Below the pieces are notes generated by a model, which did not search any database, was not told the origin of the DNA, and saw only the letters and a list, made by a program, of their open reading frames with translations. Shown here piece after piece: positions 20,474 to 31,166 of a DNA stretch of 64,000 bases (position 1 is the first letter of the stretch; the number at the start of each line of letters is the position of its first letter). The translations under genes were made by a program, and so were the position numbers. This DNA is from a bacterium (GTDB lineage Bacteria > UBA8248 > JACPRG01 > G963555815). Location of the stretch: contig OZ244653.1 in the NCBI GenBank assembly GCA_965218795.1, forward strand, positions 4,634,472 to 4,698,471, written 5' to 3'.

Positions 20474-21469
20474 TCAGGCCACGGCGGGAATGATCTTTTC
20501 TGAAAACGTGCGCATGAGCGACGCGGCGTCCCCGGTCGTCGAGAGCAGGAACACCTGATTCACGCCGGCCTGGACAAAGGCGTCGAGTTTTCCGATGACT
20601 TCGTCCGGAGTCCCCGCCAGGGAGAAGTGGTCGATCCATTCCTCAGGCACCAGGTCGGCGTGCTCCGCCTGCGTGAGCATATGCTCCTGGTATCGGTAGG
20701 CTTCCTGGAAGCGCCGGGTTTCCTCCGCCGTGAAGCCCGACTTTTCCAGGGGGACCGCTGCGATGGGCCGTCGGGCCACGTAGGTCCGCACGTTCCGCCG
20801 GGCCTCTTCTCTGTCCTCGGAGACGTCGCAACCGATCTGGACGACGATATCAACGGATTTGGGGTCGCGCCCGGCTTCTTCCGCGGCTTGGCCGATGGTC
20901 TCGACAACGTACGTCAGGAGCTCCTCAGTGGCCCCGACGGACGCGATGACGCCGTCGCAGAGCCTCCCGGCCAGGCGCAGCATCTTGGGTCCGTTGGCCG
21001 CGAGATAGATTGGGACATTGGTGGGTTCGAATGTGGATAGAGCGGGGACCTTCCGGCCCTCATAGGTTCCGTCTTCCCCGTCCAGCAGATTGCGCATGCA
21101 CGTGATGGCGTCTTCCAGGACTCCGGTCGATGCGGGTTTCAGTCCCAGATGGAGGCAGGTTGTGTCGCCCGCCCCGATGCCCAGAATGGCTCGCCCGTTG
21201 GAGACTTCGTCCAGGCTGGCGAAGGCCCGGGCGGTCACGGCCGGATGGCGCGCGACGGGAGTCGTTACCGCCGTTCCCAGCTGGATGGTCGAGGTTTCCC
21301 TGGCGCATATGGCGAGGGTCACATAGGGGTCGCGAAAAATGCTTTGACTGTCTCCCTTCCAGGCATGAGAGAATCCCGTTTCCTCGGCCACCCGGACGGC
21401 CTCCACCACTTCAGCCGTCGAGCGCCGCTCCTCATGCGGGAATATCCCGATTCCGAATTTCAGGCCCAT
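20474..21469 (-). CDS. LLM-class flavin-dependent oxidoreductase (luciferase-like, possibly F420-dependent)
   Basis: 331 aa. MGLKFGIGIFP...RAILGIGAGD fits the TIM-barrel luciferase-like family. Confidence 0.8.
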   Translation of the reverse strand: MGLKFGIGIFPHEERRSTAEVVEAVRVAEETGFSHAWKGDSQSIFRDPYVTLAICARETSTIQLGTAVTTPVARHPAVTARAFASLDEVSNGRAILGIGAGDTTCLHLGLKPASTGVLEDAITCMRNLLDGEDGTYEGRKVPALSTFEPTNVPIYLAANGPKMLRLAGRLCDGVIASVGATEELLTYVVETIGQAAEEAGRDPKSVDIVVQIGCDVSEDREEARRNVRTYVARRPIAAVPLEKSGFTAEETRRFQEAYRYQEHMLTQAEHADLVPEEWIDHFSLAGTPDEVIGKLDAFVQAGVNQVFLLSTTGDAASLMRTFSEKIIPAVA

Positions 21470-21670
21470 GCCACCGCTCCTCCCCCCCGAGCTTGCTGAC
21501 GGTTGCTCTCTTACCTTCCCGTGCTGTATCTATGGGAATCATTCATTGATCAGAAAAGGGAAGTCAAGGGTAGCCCATGGGACTTTCTCTGGCCTGAAAA
21601 ATCGTTCGAGGGGGCGAATCCGGAAGTCTGATAGGGACTGTCACGCAGGCGCGATTGGAAAGAGACCTCC

Positions 21671-22816
21671 ATGAATTTTGATCTTACCGAAAAACTGCGG
21701 CTATTGCGCGAAATGGTGCGAGAGTTCGTTCGGCAGGATCTGCTCCCGCACGAAGAGTGGGTGGAGGAGCTTGACGACGTCCCTCCCGAACTTCTGAAAG
21801 AGCTTCGCGTCAAGGCCCGCGACCTGGGCCTTCTGGGCCTCACCATTCCCAAGGAATGCGGCGGCGCAGGAATGGGTTTTTTGGCCAACTGTGTTCTCAG
21901 AGAAGAGCTGGGCCGGGCGAGCCTGGCCATGTCCTATGCAGTCCGGGGTCCGGCTCCCATTTTGTCGATGGGCACGCCCGGGCAGATCGAGAAGTATCTC
22001 GCCCCATGCCTGCGGGCGGAAAAGCGGGACTGTTTCGCCCTGACCGAGCCCAACGCCGGCTCGGACGCTTCGGCCATTGAGACCAGCGCCGTGCGGGATG
22101 GAGAAGACTTCATCCTGAACGGCAATAAGATCTTCATCACCGACGGGATCAAGGCGGATTTCACGATTGTGTTCGCCGTGACGGACAAAGAGAAGCGGGC
22201 GCGCGGGGGCGTGACCGCGTTCTTGGTGGACAAAGGGACGCCGGGCTTTCAGGTGGGGCAAAAGTTCCAGAAGATGGGTTGGCGCGGGACGGATCTGTCC
22301 GAGCTGGTCTTTCAAAACTGCCGGGTCCCCGATACGCAGGTATTGGGTGAAATCGGTCAAGGGTTCCGCTTGGCGATGGAATGGATTGACGTCGGGCGCC
22401 TGGGCATCGCCGCGGCGGCCGTGGGAACAGCGGAGCGGTTGCTGGAAATGGCGAAAGGTTACGCAAGCGAAAGGGTGACCTTCGGCAAGCCTTTGGCGGA
22501 CCGCCAGGCCGTTCAGTGGATGATCGCGGATTCGGCCATGGAAATCCGGGCGGCCCGCCTCCTCACCTACCAGGCGGCGGCCGAGGGGGATCAGGGCCGC
22601 GAGACGCGGCAGGCGGCGGCGATGGCAAAGCTGTACGCGACGGAGATGGTGGGGCGCGTGGCGGACCGGGCGCTCCAGATCCACGGTGGGATGGGATACA
22701 TGAAAGATCTGCCGATTGAGCGCATGTATCGGGATGTCCGCTACAACCGCATCGGGGAGGGCACCTCCGAGATCCTTCGCCATCTCATTGCACGGGGGAT
22801 CCTGAAGGGGAAGTAA
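21671..22816 (+). CDS. Acyl-CoA dehydrogenase
   Basis: 381 aa. N-terminal acyl-CoA dehydrogenase domain, the middle ..FALTEPNAGSDA.. motif and the C-terminal ..QIHGGMGY.. region. Confidence 0.9.
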   Translation: MNFDLTEKLRLLREMVREFVRQDLLPHEEWVEELDDVPPELLKELRVKARDLGLLGLTIPKECGGAGMGFLANCVLREELGRASLAMSYAVRGPAPILSMGTPGQIEKYLAPCLRAEKRDCFALTEPNAGSDASAIETSAVRDGEDFILNGNKIFITDGIKADFTIVFAVTDKEKRARGGVTAFLVDKGTPGFQVGQKFQKMGWRGTDLSELVFQNCRVPDTQVLGEIGQGFRLAMEWIDVGRLGIAAAAVGTAERLLEMAKGYASERVTFGKPLADRQAVQWMIADSAMEIRAARLLTYQAAAEGDQGRETRQAAAMAKLYATEMVGRVADRALQIHGGMGYMKDLPIERMYRDVRYNRIGEGTSEILRHLIARGILKGK

Positions 22817-22825
22817 TCCAGTTGG

Positions 22826-22983
22826 AAGCGGCCCGGCGTGCCTGGCGTCGCTTCGGCAAGGGCAATCACCCTGCGGCGCTGAACGTTGGGGACTGCTTGG
22901 CCTATGCGCTCGCCGATGCGACGGGCTAGCCGCTGCTGTTCAAGGGCGAGGACTTCGCCCAAACCGATATCGGGCCGGCGTGA
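22826..22983 (+). pseudogene. VapC (PIN-domain toxin) C-terminal remnant with an in-frame TAG
   Basis: Translates as [51 protein letters not shown]. This is the conserved VapC C-terminus (G.H.A.LN.GDCF.YALA...PLLFKG.DF..TDI). No N-terminal part and no VapB are present. Confidence 0.6.
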
Positions 22984-23203
22984 TCGAGAAAACGGGCCGG
23001 AGAACGGAAATGACGATGACTGAGCGGGAATGGATGCCTCAGCGATCGCGAATCCACGTGGATGACCGCCGCATCATTTCGCTTGGGTCAGCGCATCATG
23101 CAATAGGCTGATTCAGACTGCCACCGCAGAGCTTGCCGACTTCCTTACGGCACATCTGCCCCCTCTCGGCGGGGATTGGTGGAAGAAGCACGTTGAAGAT
23201 CGC

Positions 23204-26200
23204 TTGAGTTTCCAGCAACAGCGTACGGTGCGGGAGCGCGAGCTCACGACGCTGGAGCAACTGGACTTTGCCGCCCTGCTGCGAGTTCTTGACCAGAACT
23301 GGCACGAGCTTTCTCAGGTGCTCAGTCTGCCTCGCGAAGGACGCACATGGGTCAAGGAGCTGCAAACGGTACGTAACAAGTGGGCGCATCTATCGGCCCA
23401 GACCATGGAGGCGAGTGAAGTCTATCGTGATGCCGATACCCTCGGCCGTCTCCTCGATATGCTGGGCGCTGCTCCGGAATCCGCCGCAGCGGTTGAGGCC
23501 GCGAAGACGGATGCTCTTGCAAGTATGGCGACCGCCCGCGGCGTGATGGCCGGTTCTTCGGAGCCTGCCGAGGGGACAGGCGAACCAGCCGTTGAGGAGA
23601 CAGCGCAGGGTGGCGGATCCGGATCGTCGGGACCTCCTGAGACAATGTTCCAGGTCGGTAGCTTGGTCGCGCTGCGATCCGATCCGGCGATTGTCATGCC
23701 GGTCATCGAGGTCGTGCCGAGTGGGGCCGAATGTCGCTACCGTGTATTTCAGGACACCAGGAAGGTTACCTACTACGAGAGCCAGCTACGACATCCCGAG
23801 CAGACCGAGGAAGCGCAGCCCCGACCGAGCGCGGCGGACCTGCGCGCGTACCTGACGAGCCTGCATCTGCTCTCGCCCTCGACGGCCAACCTTCATTCGC
23901 TGCGCTCGGGGCGTATTCAGTTCGTGCCTTACCAGTACCGCCCCGTGCTGAAGTTGATCCGGGCGGATCGGCCGCGTCTGCTCATCGCCGATGAGGTCGG
24001 CGTCGGCAAGACGATCGAGGCCGGCCTGATCATCAAGGAGCTGCGGGCGCGCATGGACATTTCCTCCGTGCTCGTCATCTGCCCGAAGGCATTGGTCTCC
24101 GAGCGCAAGTGGTTCGTGGAGATGAAGCGCTTCGACGAACACTTCACGGCGCTCGATGGTCCGATGCTGCGCCACAGTCTGCGGGAAACGCATCTGGAAG
24201 GCGAGTGGCCGGACCAGTACGCCAAGGCGATCGTCCCGTTCTCGCTGTTCGATTCGGACCTGCTCTTCGGGAAGGATAGGGAGGGTCGCCTAAAGAGCGA
24301 GGGGCTACTCGCCCTCGACCCGCCGCCGAAGTTCGACCTCGTGATCGTCGACGAAGCGCACCATATCCGCAATCCGGAAACGTACCTCCACCAGGGCGTG
24401 CGCTACTTTTGCGACAACGCGCAGGCCGCCATCTTTCTTACCGCTACGCCGGTCCAGTTGGGCAGCGAGGATCTCTTTACGCTGCTCAACGCACTCCGGC
24501 CGGACCTGGTGATCGACCGTCCGAGCTTCGAACAGATGGCCGCGCCCAATCGGTCCATCAACATGGCCGTGCAGCATTGCCGTTCCGCCAAGGAGGACTG
24601 GCAAGGGCAAGCGCGGGCGTGCCTGGATGAGGCCGCGCAAACGCAATGGGGCAGCCTGTTTGTGCGGGAGTCACCGGCTTTTCAGAACATCTACGACCGG
24701 CTGGGAGGAGAGCAGGTCGATGACGCGGATCGCATCGGCATCGTCCGGTCTCTGGAGGAGCTCTATACCTTCAGCCCGATGATCAACCGGACGCGCCGCA
24801 GGGATATCGGCGAGTTCACGACTCGAAGGCCGGAGACGCTGACGACCGAGTTCACGCCCGAGCAGCAGCGCCTGCACGACGATCTGATCGATGTCGTGGC
24901 CCGTATCCTGGCGTTTGCGCACGGACAGCAGAACGTCAAGTTCATGATGACCACGATTCGCCGCCAGGCGGCGAGCTGTCTGTATGGACTGGCGCCCCTG
25001 CTGCGCAGCATCCTCGCCGGCAAGCTGGATGGCCTTGAGACGATGGAAGCGGGCGATGTCGAGGGCGAAGCCGATCTCGGCTTCCTCGCCGAGGCGCGGA
25101 GCGATATCGAGGCGCTTCTGGAGAGAGCCGACAGCCTCGATCCGCGGGACCCGAAGGTTGATGCTTTTGTCCAGGTTCTGCGCGACAAGAGCCGAATGGC
25201 CAACAACAAGGCCCTGGTGTTCAGCACCTTCCGGCACACGCTTGCGTATATCGCAAGGCACACGGAAGACGCGGGATTGCGCTACGGGCTTGTGCATGGT
25301 GACGTGGCGGACGAGGAGCGGGCGGACTTGCGCCGCCGGTTCGCGCTGCCGAAGGAAGACCCGGACGCGCTGGATGTATTGCTCTCCTCGGAGGTCGGCG
25401 GCGAAGGGCTCGATTTTCAGTTCTGCGACCTGTTGATCAACTACGATCTGCCCTGGAACCCGATGCGCGTCGAGCAGCGCATCGGGCGCATCGACCGCTA
25501 CGGTCAACAGAGCGAGGCCGTTGCCGTCGTCAATCTGGTTACGCCTGGCACGGTGGATGCCGATATCTACGAACGCTGCCTGTTGCGCATCGGCGTGTTC
25601 CAGCACGCGGTCGGCGGCAGCGAGGAGATTCTTGGCGAGATAACCCGTGAAATCCATGATGTCGCGGAGAGCTTCACGCTTACGGCCGAGGAACGCGCGC
25701 AGCGCTTACAGCAGCTCGGCGACAACGGGATTCGGCAAATTCAGGAAGAGCAGGCGCTTGAGGAAAAACAGGCCGAGCTATTCGGGTTGACGGTTCCGAA
25801 ACAATCCTGGCGTCAGGAGATCGAGGCCGCCGAGAGTTTCTGGCTGTCGCCAAGCGCCTTGCAGCGCTGCGTCTCGACCTATCTCTCCGGGCTGATGGAA
25901 ACCGGGGGGGAGTTTTTTCTCGGCGAGAAGCCGCTCAAGACACTGAGGTTGAATCAGGGGGCCCGGGCCAAGCTGCTTGAGGACTTCAAGCGTCAGCCCC
26001 GTTCGACCGACCCGGTGGCCCGGCAATGGGAAAAGTGGCTCAAGGGCACCGGTCCGATGCTGTCGGTCACGTTCGATCAGGAAACCACCGCGGCCGTCCC
26101 CGACGCCGTTCACCTGAACGGCCTTCACCCTCTGGTGCGCCAAGCGGCCCGGTTCCAGGAACGTTCCGAGGTTGCCCGCGTCAGCCTGACCGCATCGAGC

Positions 26201-26698
26201 GAGAGTCTGCCGGCAGGCGAGTACCCGTTCGCGCTTTACCGCTGGCGCAAGGTCGGGGTGCGAACCGACGAAGCGCTGCTCGCGATCAGTACCGAGCCGG
26301 CAATGGACGACGCCATCATGTCATTGCTGGAGGAGGCCGGCGACGCGCGCGCTGAAATACGGGATGCCGATGAAGCCCTGGATGCGCTCGATCATCGGCA
26401 CCATGACGAATGGAGCGTCGCGCGAGCGAACCACGTGGCGGAGAACCGGGAGTTGGTCCAGCATCGCCTCCAAAGCCTGAAGGTCAGCCATCAGGCCCGA
26501 TGCAGGCTGCTTGAGGACCAGGTTCAACGAGCGACCGATGACAGGATTCGCCGCATGAAGGAGTCCGAGCTGGCGAGAGCCGGATATGACTGCGAGCGGA
26601 GGGTTGCGGAATTGGAGGAAGCGGCGAACAGCGCGGACATTCACGCTACACAGGTTGTGTTTGGGATGCTCACCGTGACCATGAGCGACATGAGATGA
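23204..26698 (+). CDS. Large SNF2-family (SF2) helicase with N-terminal Swt1-like HEPN-type domain
   Basis: 1164 aa. The N-terminal roughly 110 aa carry an R-x4-H motif (VRNKWAHLSAQ) in a helical context, followed by an Ala/Gly/Glu-rich linker. The SNF2 ATPase core has Walker A ADEVGVGKTIEAG, DEAH box DEAHHIRN and LTATPVQ. The Helicase_C region includes ...LLSSEVGGEGLDFQ...NPMRVEQRIGRIDRYGQ. The stop overlaps the next start (ATGA). Confidence 0.8.
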   Translation: MSFQQQRTVRERELTTLEQLDFAALLRVLDQNWHELSQVLSLPREGRTWVKELQTVRNKWAHLSAQTMEASEVYRDADTLGRLLDMLGAAPESAAAVEAAKTDALASMATARGVMAGSSEPAEGTGEPAVEETAQGGGSGSSGPPETMFQVGSLVALRSDPAIVMPVIEVVPSGAECRYRVFQDTRKVTYYESQLRHPEQTEEAQPRPSAADLRAYLTSLHLLSPSTANLHSLRSGRIQFVPYQYRPVLKLIRADRPRLLIADEVGVGKTIEAGLIIKELRARMDISSVLVICPKALVSERKWFVEMKRFDEHFTALDGPMLRHSLRETHLEGEWPDQYAKAIVPFSLFDSDLLFGKDREGRLKSEGLLALDPPPKFDLVIVDEAHHIRNPETYLHQGVRYFCDNAQAAIFLTATPVQLGSEDLFTLLNALRPDLVIDRPSFEQMAAPNRSINMAVQHCRSAKEDWQGQARACLDEAAQTQWGSLFVRESPAFQNIYDRLGGEQVDDADRIGIVRSLEELYTFSPMINRTRRRDIGEFTTRRPETLTTEFTPEQQRLHDDLIDVVARILAFAHGQQNVKFMMTTIRRQAASCLYGLAPLLRSILAGKLDGLETMEAGDVEGEADLGFLAEARSDIEALLERADSLDPRDPKVDAFVQVLRDKSRMANNKALVFSTFRHTLAYIARHTEDAGLRYGLVHGDVADEERADLRRRFALPKEDPDALDVLLSSEVGGEGLDFQFCDLLINYDLPWNPMRVEQRIGRIDRYGQQSEAVAVVNLVTPGTVDADIYERCLLRIGVFQHAVGGSEEILGEITREIHDVAESFTLTAEERAQRLQQLGDNGIRQIQEEQALEEKQAELFGLTVPKQSWRQEIEAAESFWLSPSALQRCVSTYLSGLMETGGEFFLGEKPLKTLRLNQGARAKLLEDFKRQPRSTDPVARQWEKWLKGTGPMLSVTFDQETTAAVPDAVHLNGLHPLVRQAARFQERSEVARVSLTASSESLPAGEYPFALYRWRKVGVRTDEALLAISTEPAMDDAIMSLLEEAGDARAEIRDADEALDALDHRHHDEWSVARANHVAENRELVQHRLQSLKVSHQARCRLLEDQVQRATDDRIRRMKESELARAGYDCERRVAELEEAANSADIHATQVVFGMLTVTMSDMR

Positions 26699-28939
26699 GC
26701 GTCATTGAAGAAATCCGTCGAAGGAGAGAAAAGCTTCTCGATGCCTTGAAGACGAATCCTGAGATTCAGATTCGCAAGGTGGTCGAGGACATATACCCCG
26801 ATCGAGTACATTTCATATACGAGCTTCTCCAGAACGCCGAGGATACGGGCGCGTCCGAGGTCAGATTCGATCTCTCCGAAAAGAAGCTTGTGTTCGAACA
26901 CGATGGGCGGTCCTTTGATAAAGCGGACATCGAAGCCATTACGGGTATAGGCACCGGAACCAAGAAGGACGATGGCGACAAGATCGGCCGTTTCGGCATC
27001 GGATTCAAGGCGGTCTTTGCCTATACGGAGACGCCGCGCATCTGGTCGCCGACGTTCAGTTTCGAAATCTCGGACTTGGTGTTGCCGAACGAAATTGAAT
27101 CAGTTTCTTCACTTGGTGGAAAGACGCGGTTCGAGTTCCCGTTCGACTCCCCGAAGAAGCCGGCGTCGGATGCATTTCCAGAAATTCGGGATGGACTCGA
27201 AGGAATATCGGAAACCACGCTGTTGTTCCTCTCCCATATCGAATCGATTCACTGGCAAGTAGATGGCGGTTCGGAAGGACGCTTGTTGCGAATCTCGCAC
27301 CCCGATCATCACGTTGAGATACTGAGGGAGAGAGATGGCAAGGCGACGAAAAGTTCGCACTTCCTCCGATTTACGCAACCCGTCGAGGGACTGGAACTGC
27401 AACACGTCGCCATCGCGTTCGCGCTCGAAGCGTTACCGGCCGCAAGCAGATTCGACGCGGCCAAGCCCTTGGCGAAACAGTTCCGAATCGCACCGGTCGT
27501 GCCGGGGCGCGTCGCGGTTTACTTTACCGCCGAGAAGGAGACGTCGGGACTGCGTTTCCATCTCCATGCGCCCTTCGTGCCCGAACTCAGCCGCGCCAGC
27601 ATCAAGGACACGCCGGCGAACGAACCGCTGTTTCAGCAGTTGGCGGAGCTTGCGGCGCGTTCCCTGTTTGCGATCCGCGATCTCGGTTTTCTGAACACCG
27701 ATTTTCTCTCGGTGCTGCCGAACCCGAATGACGTTCTCCCCGACAGATACGAATGCATACGCGATGCCATCGTCGATGAGATGAATGAGCAACCGCTGAC
27801 GCCCACCCATGCGAAGACTCATGCGCCCGCCACGCAACTGCTACAGGCGAGAGCGTCTCTGAAGACCCTCTTGGCCAAGGAAGATATCGAGATTCTCGTC
27901 GACTTCGAGGAGACGCCGCTTGCCTGGGCGATTGGCGCAACTCAGAAGAACAGCGACATTGACCGCTTTCTCTCTGGCTTGGCTATCAGGGATTGGGACA
28001 TTAAACAGTTCGTGGAGAGGTTGGTAGAAGGGTTAAGCAGTAAGCCGAGATTTTCTCATGACGGCACAAAATTTCTTACCGAGCCTGATAAGACGTTGCT
28101 TCAGTGGTTGCGGTCGAAATCCGATGATTGGCACCAAACACTGTACGCGCTTCTCAATGGGAAAGAATCAGAGGGAGCTGCGTCCCGACTGAAGTATTCC
28201 TACATCGTTAGTCTCTCTACCGGCGATTATATAGTTGGCAACGAATGCTACTTTCTTACGGAGGACGTTCAAGAGGACACAATGCTACCGAGGGTAGCGA
28301 TCGGTACTTACACTTCGGGAAGGAACAGAAAGGAGCAGATACAGGCTAAAGAATTTCTTGAATCCATCGGCGTTCGTGAGGTAGGCGAGCGTGAACAAGT
28401 CGAGGCCATTCTCAAGCAGCGATACTCGAAAGAAGCCGAAATACCTGACAAGAAAACGCATAAGAACGATCTGAGACGCTTCATTTCGTTGGTGGAGAAC
28501 GATCCAAAGGCGACTTGTCTCTTTAAGGATTACTTTATATTTGAGCTGGCTGACGACCAATGGAGACAGCCTGCTCAGGCACGTTCTGCAATAACCCCTT
28601 CGGTAACACCAGTTGCACAATCCTGCCGCGTATCGCAACCGGGCGCGACGATGCCCGGGAGACCGAACTGGCGGGAGGCAGCCTCGAGGAACTGGACCGC
28701 GAGCAATTGCCGCCCTGCGTGGACGAACATGCCACCATCATGGCGCCGTTCGCGTTGCCGATGGTCAAGAACCATCCCTACGCGAAATCGGCCGAACAGA
28801 CGCACGGTCATTTCGCCCCCACCCCTTACACGATCCAGCCCTATTCAGCGGCGGCCATTCCGTTCCACTGGATGCTGAAAGAGCAGGCCGAGGGCAACGA
28901 GGAGTTCGGCGTTCCGAGCAGGGCCGAGGATCTCAAGCT
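26695..28939 (+). pseudogene. Sacsin-like GHKL (HATPase_c) ATPase, frame break near 28555 and 3' end cut by IS1380
   Basis: N-terminal ...VHFIYELLQNAEDTGASEVRFDLSEKKLVFEHDGRSFDKADIEAITGIGTGTKK...GRFGIGFKAVF is the sacsin/bacterial GHKL signature. From about 28555 the annotated frame turns Arg/Pro/Ser-rich, while the adjacent frame stays protein-like (...HFAPTPYTIQPYSAAAIPFHWMLKEQAEGNEEFGVPSRAEDLKL) up to the IS boundary at 28940. Confidence 0.65.
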
Positions 28940-30645
28940 GGGCTATCCTGGATATCTCACAAAGAAAGAGAGCCAAGCCGGTTTTTTTCGGGTAAACTCT
29001 TTTTGATCAACGGGTTGCCCGAAGAAAGGAGACCGACTTGACTCGCACACAGAGTATCGCAGAACAGATGGAATTCCAAGGGTTGGGTTCTCGGCGTGTG
29101 ATCGCCACTTCCAACGGCGGGGCGATCACCTCTGATGCGGGCGGTCTTTTGCTACGCGACACCGAGGGGCGGGTGAAGCTGATCGCAGGCTTCGCGGCCT
29201 GTTTTGAGGACGGTCGGGACGCGAGGCGGGTGGAACATGAGTTGGGGGCGTTGTTGCGGCAGCGGGTGTACGCGCTGGCGCTTGGCTATGAGGACGTCAA
29301 CGACCACGAGCGGCTTCGCTTTGACCCGATGCTCCAGATCCTCTCGGGCAAGCTGGAGGCCACGCGGCGCAAGGGGGGTCCGGCCCTTGCGGGCAAGAGC
29401 ACGCTGAACCGTTTGGAGCGTCTTGCGGGCGATGGCGATGAGCGCTACCACAAGATCGCCTACCGAGGCGAGGCGATCGACCGGCTGTTGGTGGACAACT
29501 TCCTTCGGTCGCAGAGGCGGGCGCCGGGTCGGATCGTTTTGGACATCGACGCCACCGACGACCCGGTGCACGGCTGTCAGAAGGGGCGTTTCTTCCACGG
29601 CTATCACGGTCATTACTGCCACCTTCCGCTTTACATCTTCTGCGGGGATTTCCTTTTGTGCGCTCGGCTTCGGCCCTCCAATATCGACGCCTCCTCGGGG
29701 GTGGTGGAAGAGTTGGAGCGGATCGTTGCCCAGATTCGGGCACGCTGGCCGCAGGTGTCGATCCTGCTTCGGGCGGATTCGGACTTCTCGCGCGAGTGGA
29801 TCATGGCCTGGTGCGAGGCGCAGGGGGTGGATTACGTGTTCGGCCTGGCCAAGACCTCCCGGCTGCAGGAAGCGGTGAAGGACGAGCTGGCCGAAGCGAA
29901 GGCGCGTCATCAGAGCACGGGGAAGGGGGCGCGGTTATTCCGGTCGTTTCCTCACCGGACGCTTACATCCTGGAGCCGGGTGCGGCGGGTGGTCGCCAAG
30001 GCCGAGCACCTGGCCAAGGGCGCCAATCCGCGCTTCATCGTGACTTCGCTGGACGAGGAGGCGATCGACGCGAAGCCTCTGTACGAGCGCATCTACTGCG
30101 CCCGGGGGACGATGGAGAACCGGCTCAAGGAGCAGCAGCTCGACCTGTACGCGGACCGGACGTCGTGCACGCGGATGCGCTCCAATCAGTTGCGGCTCTA
30201 CCTGTCGGCGGTGGCCTATGAACTGATGCATGCGTTGCGTCGGCTAGGCCTTCGGGGGACGGCGTTTGCAAAGGCAACGTGTGGAACGGTGCGGACGCGG
30301 CTGCTGAAGATCGGGGCGCAGGTTCGGGTGAGCGTGCGGCGGGTGCACGTGGCCCTTGCGACGGGTTATCCGTACATGAATGTGTTCTTCCACGCCTGGC
30401 GGAACCTGCGCGCGGGGCCGGAGGGAGAGCCCGCCGTCTAAGACAGATTGCAAAATGAACGCGCAGGGAGTCGAGGCAAACGTGCGTGCGGAGCCGAGCC
30501 AAATCGGCCAAAAAGCCCCTCTCACGGGTCAACTCCAACCACCCACCGGCCCTGGCATCCACCGCAAAAGCGACAGACAGGAAAAAACACTCCAATTCAC
30601 ACCCGATAATCCATCCGCCGAGTGGGTGGTGAGAAATGCGGGCTA
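28940..30645 (+). mobile_element. IS1380-family insertion sequence, copy 1 (about 1.7 kb, one transposase gene)
   Basis: A roughly 1.7-kb block identical to 33440-35144. Boundaries come from where the two copies diverge from their flanks. The ends are imperfect inverted repeats (...ggatatctcac / gtgagaaatgc...). No target-site duplication is evident. Confidence 0.8.
29038..30441 (+). CDS. IS1380-family DDE transposase
   Basis: 467 aa with a TTG start. Size, the single-ORF layout and motifs (..ILLRADSDF.., ..YCARGTMENRLKE..) are typical of IS1380-family transposases. Confidence 0.85.
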   Translation: MTRTQSIAEQMEFQGLGSRRVIATSNGGAITSDAGGLLLRDTEGRVKLIAGFAACFEDGRDARRVEHELGALLRQRVYALALGYEDVNDHERLRFDPMLQILSGKLEATRRKGGPALAGKSTLNRLERLAGDGDERYHKIAYRGEAIDRLLVDNFLRSQRRAPGRIVLDIDATDDPVHGCQKGRFFHGYHGHYCHLPLYIFCGDFLLCARLRPSNIDASSGVVEELERIVAQIRARWPQVSILLRADSDFSREWIMAWCEAQGVDYVFGLAKTSRLQEAVKDELAEAKARHQSTGKGARLFRSFPHRTLTSWSRVRRVVAKAEHLAKGANPRFIVTSLDEEAIDAKPLYERIYCARGTMENRLKEQQLDLYADRTSCTRMRSNQLRLYLSAVAYELMHALRRLGLRGTAFAKATCGTVRTRLLKIGAQVRVSVRRVHVALATGYPYMNVFFHAWRNLRAGPEGEPAV

Positions 30646-31166
30646 GGTCCACGTCCTTCATTGCCAAGTCCGAAGCAGATTCATGCCCACCTAACCGCAC
30701 CTTCACACGCCTTTCGAATGCATTTGAGCATCCCTCACTTCTGGCCGTGTAGGGGAGAACACCCACCGACGTATGCGGGCGTTCTCCCATCGTGAATGAT
30801 GGCGTATAGCGTAAATGCTTTTTCTGTGTAGATTTACCAACAGCCGAAAGGCTGATTTTCCCAACGGCCATAAGCCTCCATCTCTGCGCTTCGTTCTATT
30901 TGTGGCCGATGAGAGTTATTACTTCCAGTTATTTGGATCATTGCATTTTTCGTTACTAATTCTTTTTTTTATTAACGCCAGTTCATATGATTGCCCTGCA
31001 CAAGCACCTATGATCGGTTAAATCCCTATCATCCAGAGAGCGGTGACCCTCGCCGAGGACATTGCAGCGGTGGAGACGCGAATCCAGACGCCGACGGGCT
31101 TTCACTGCGGCTTCTTCGCCGTTCGCACACCATGATATACTAACCGATCTTATACGTTGGCAGGGA

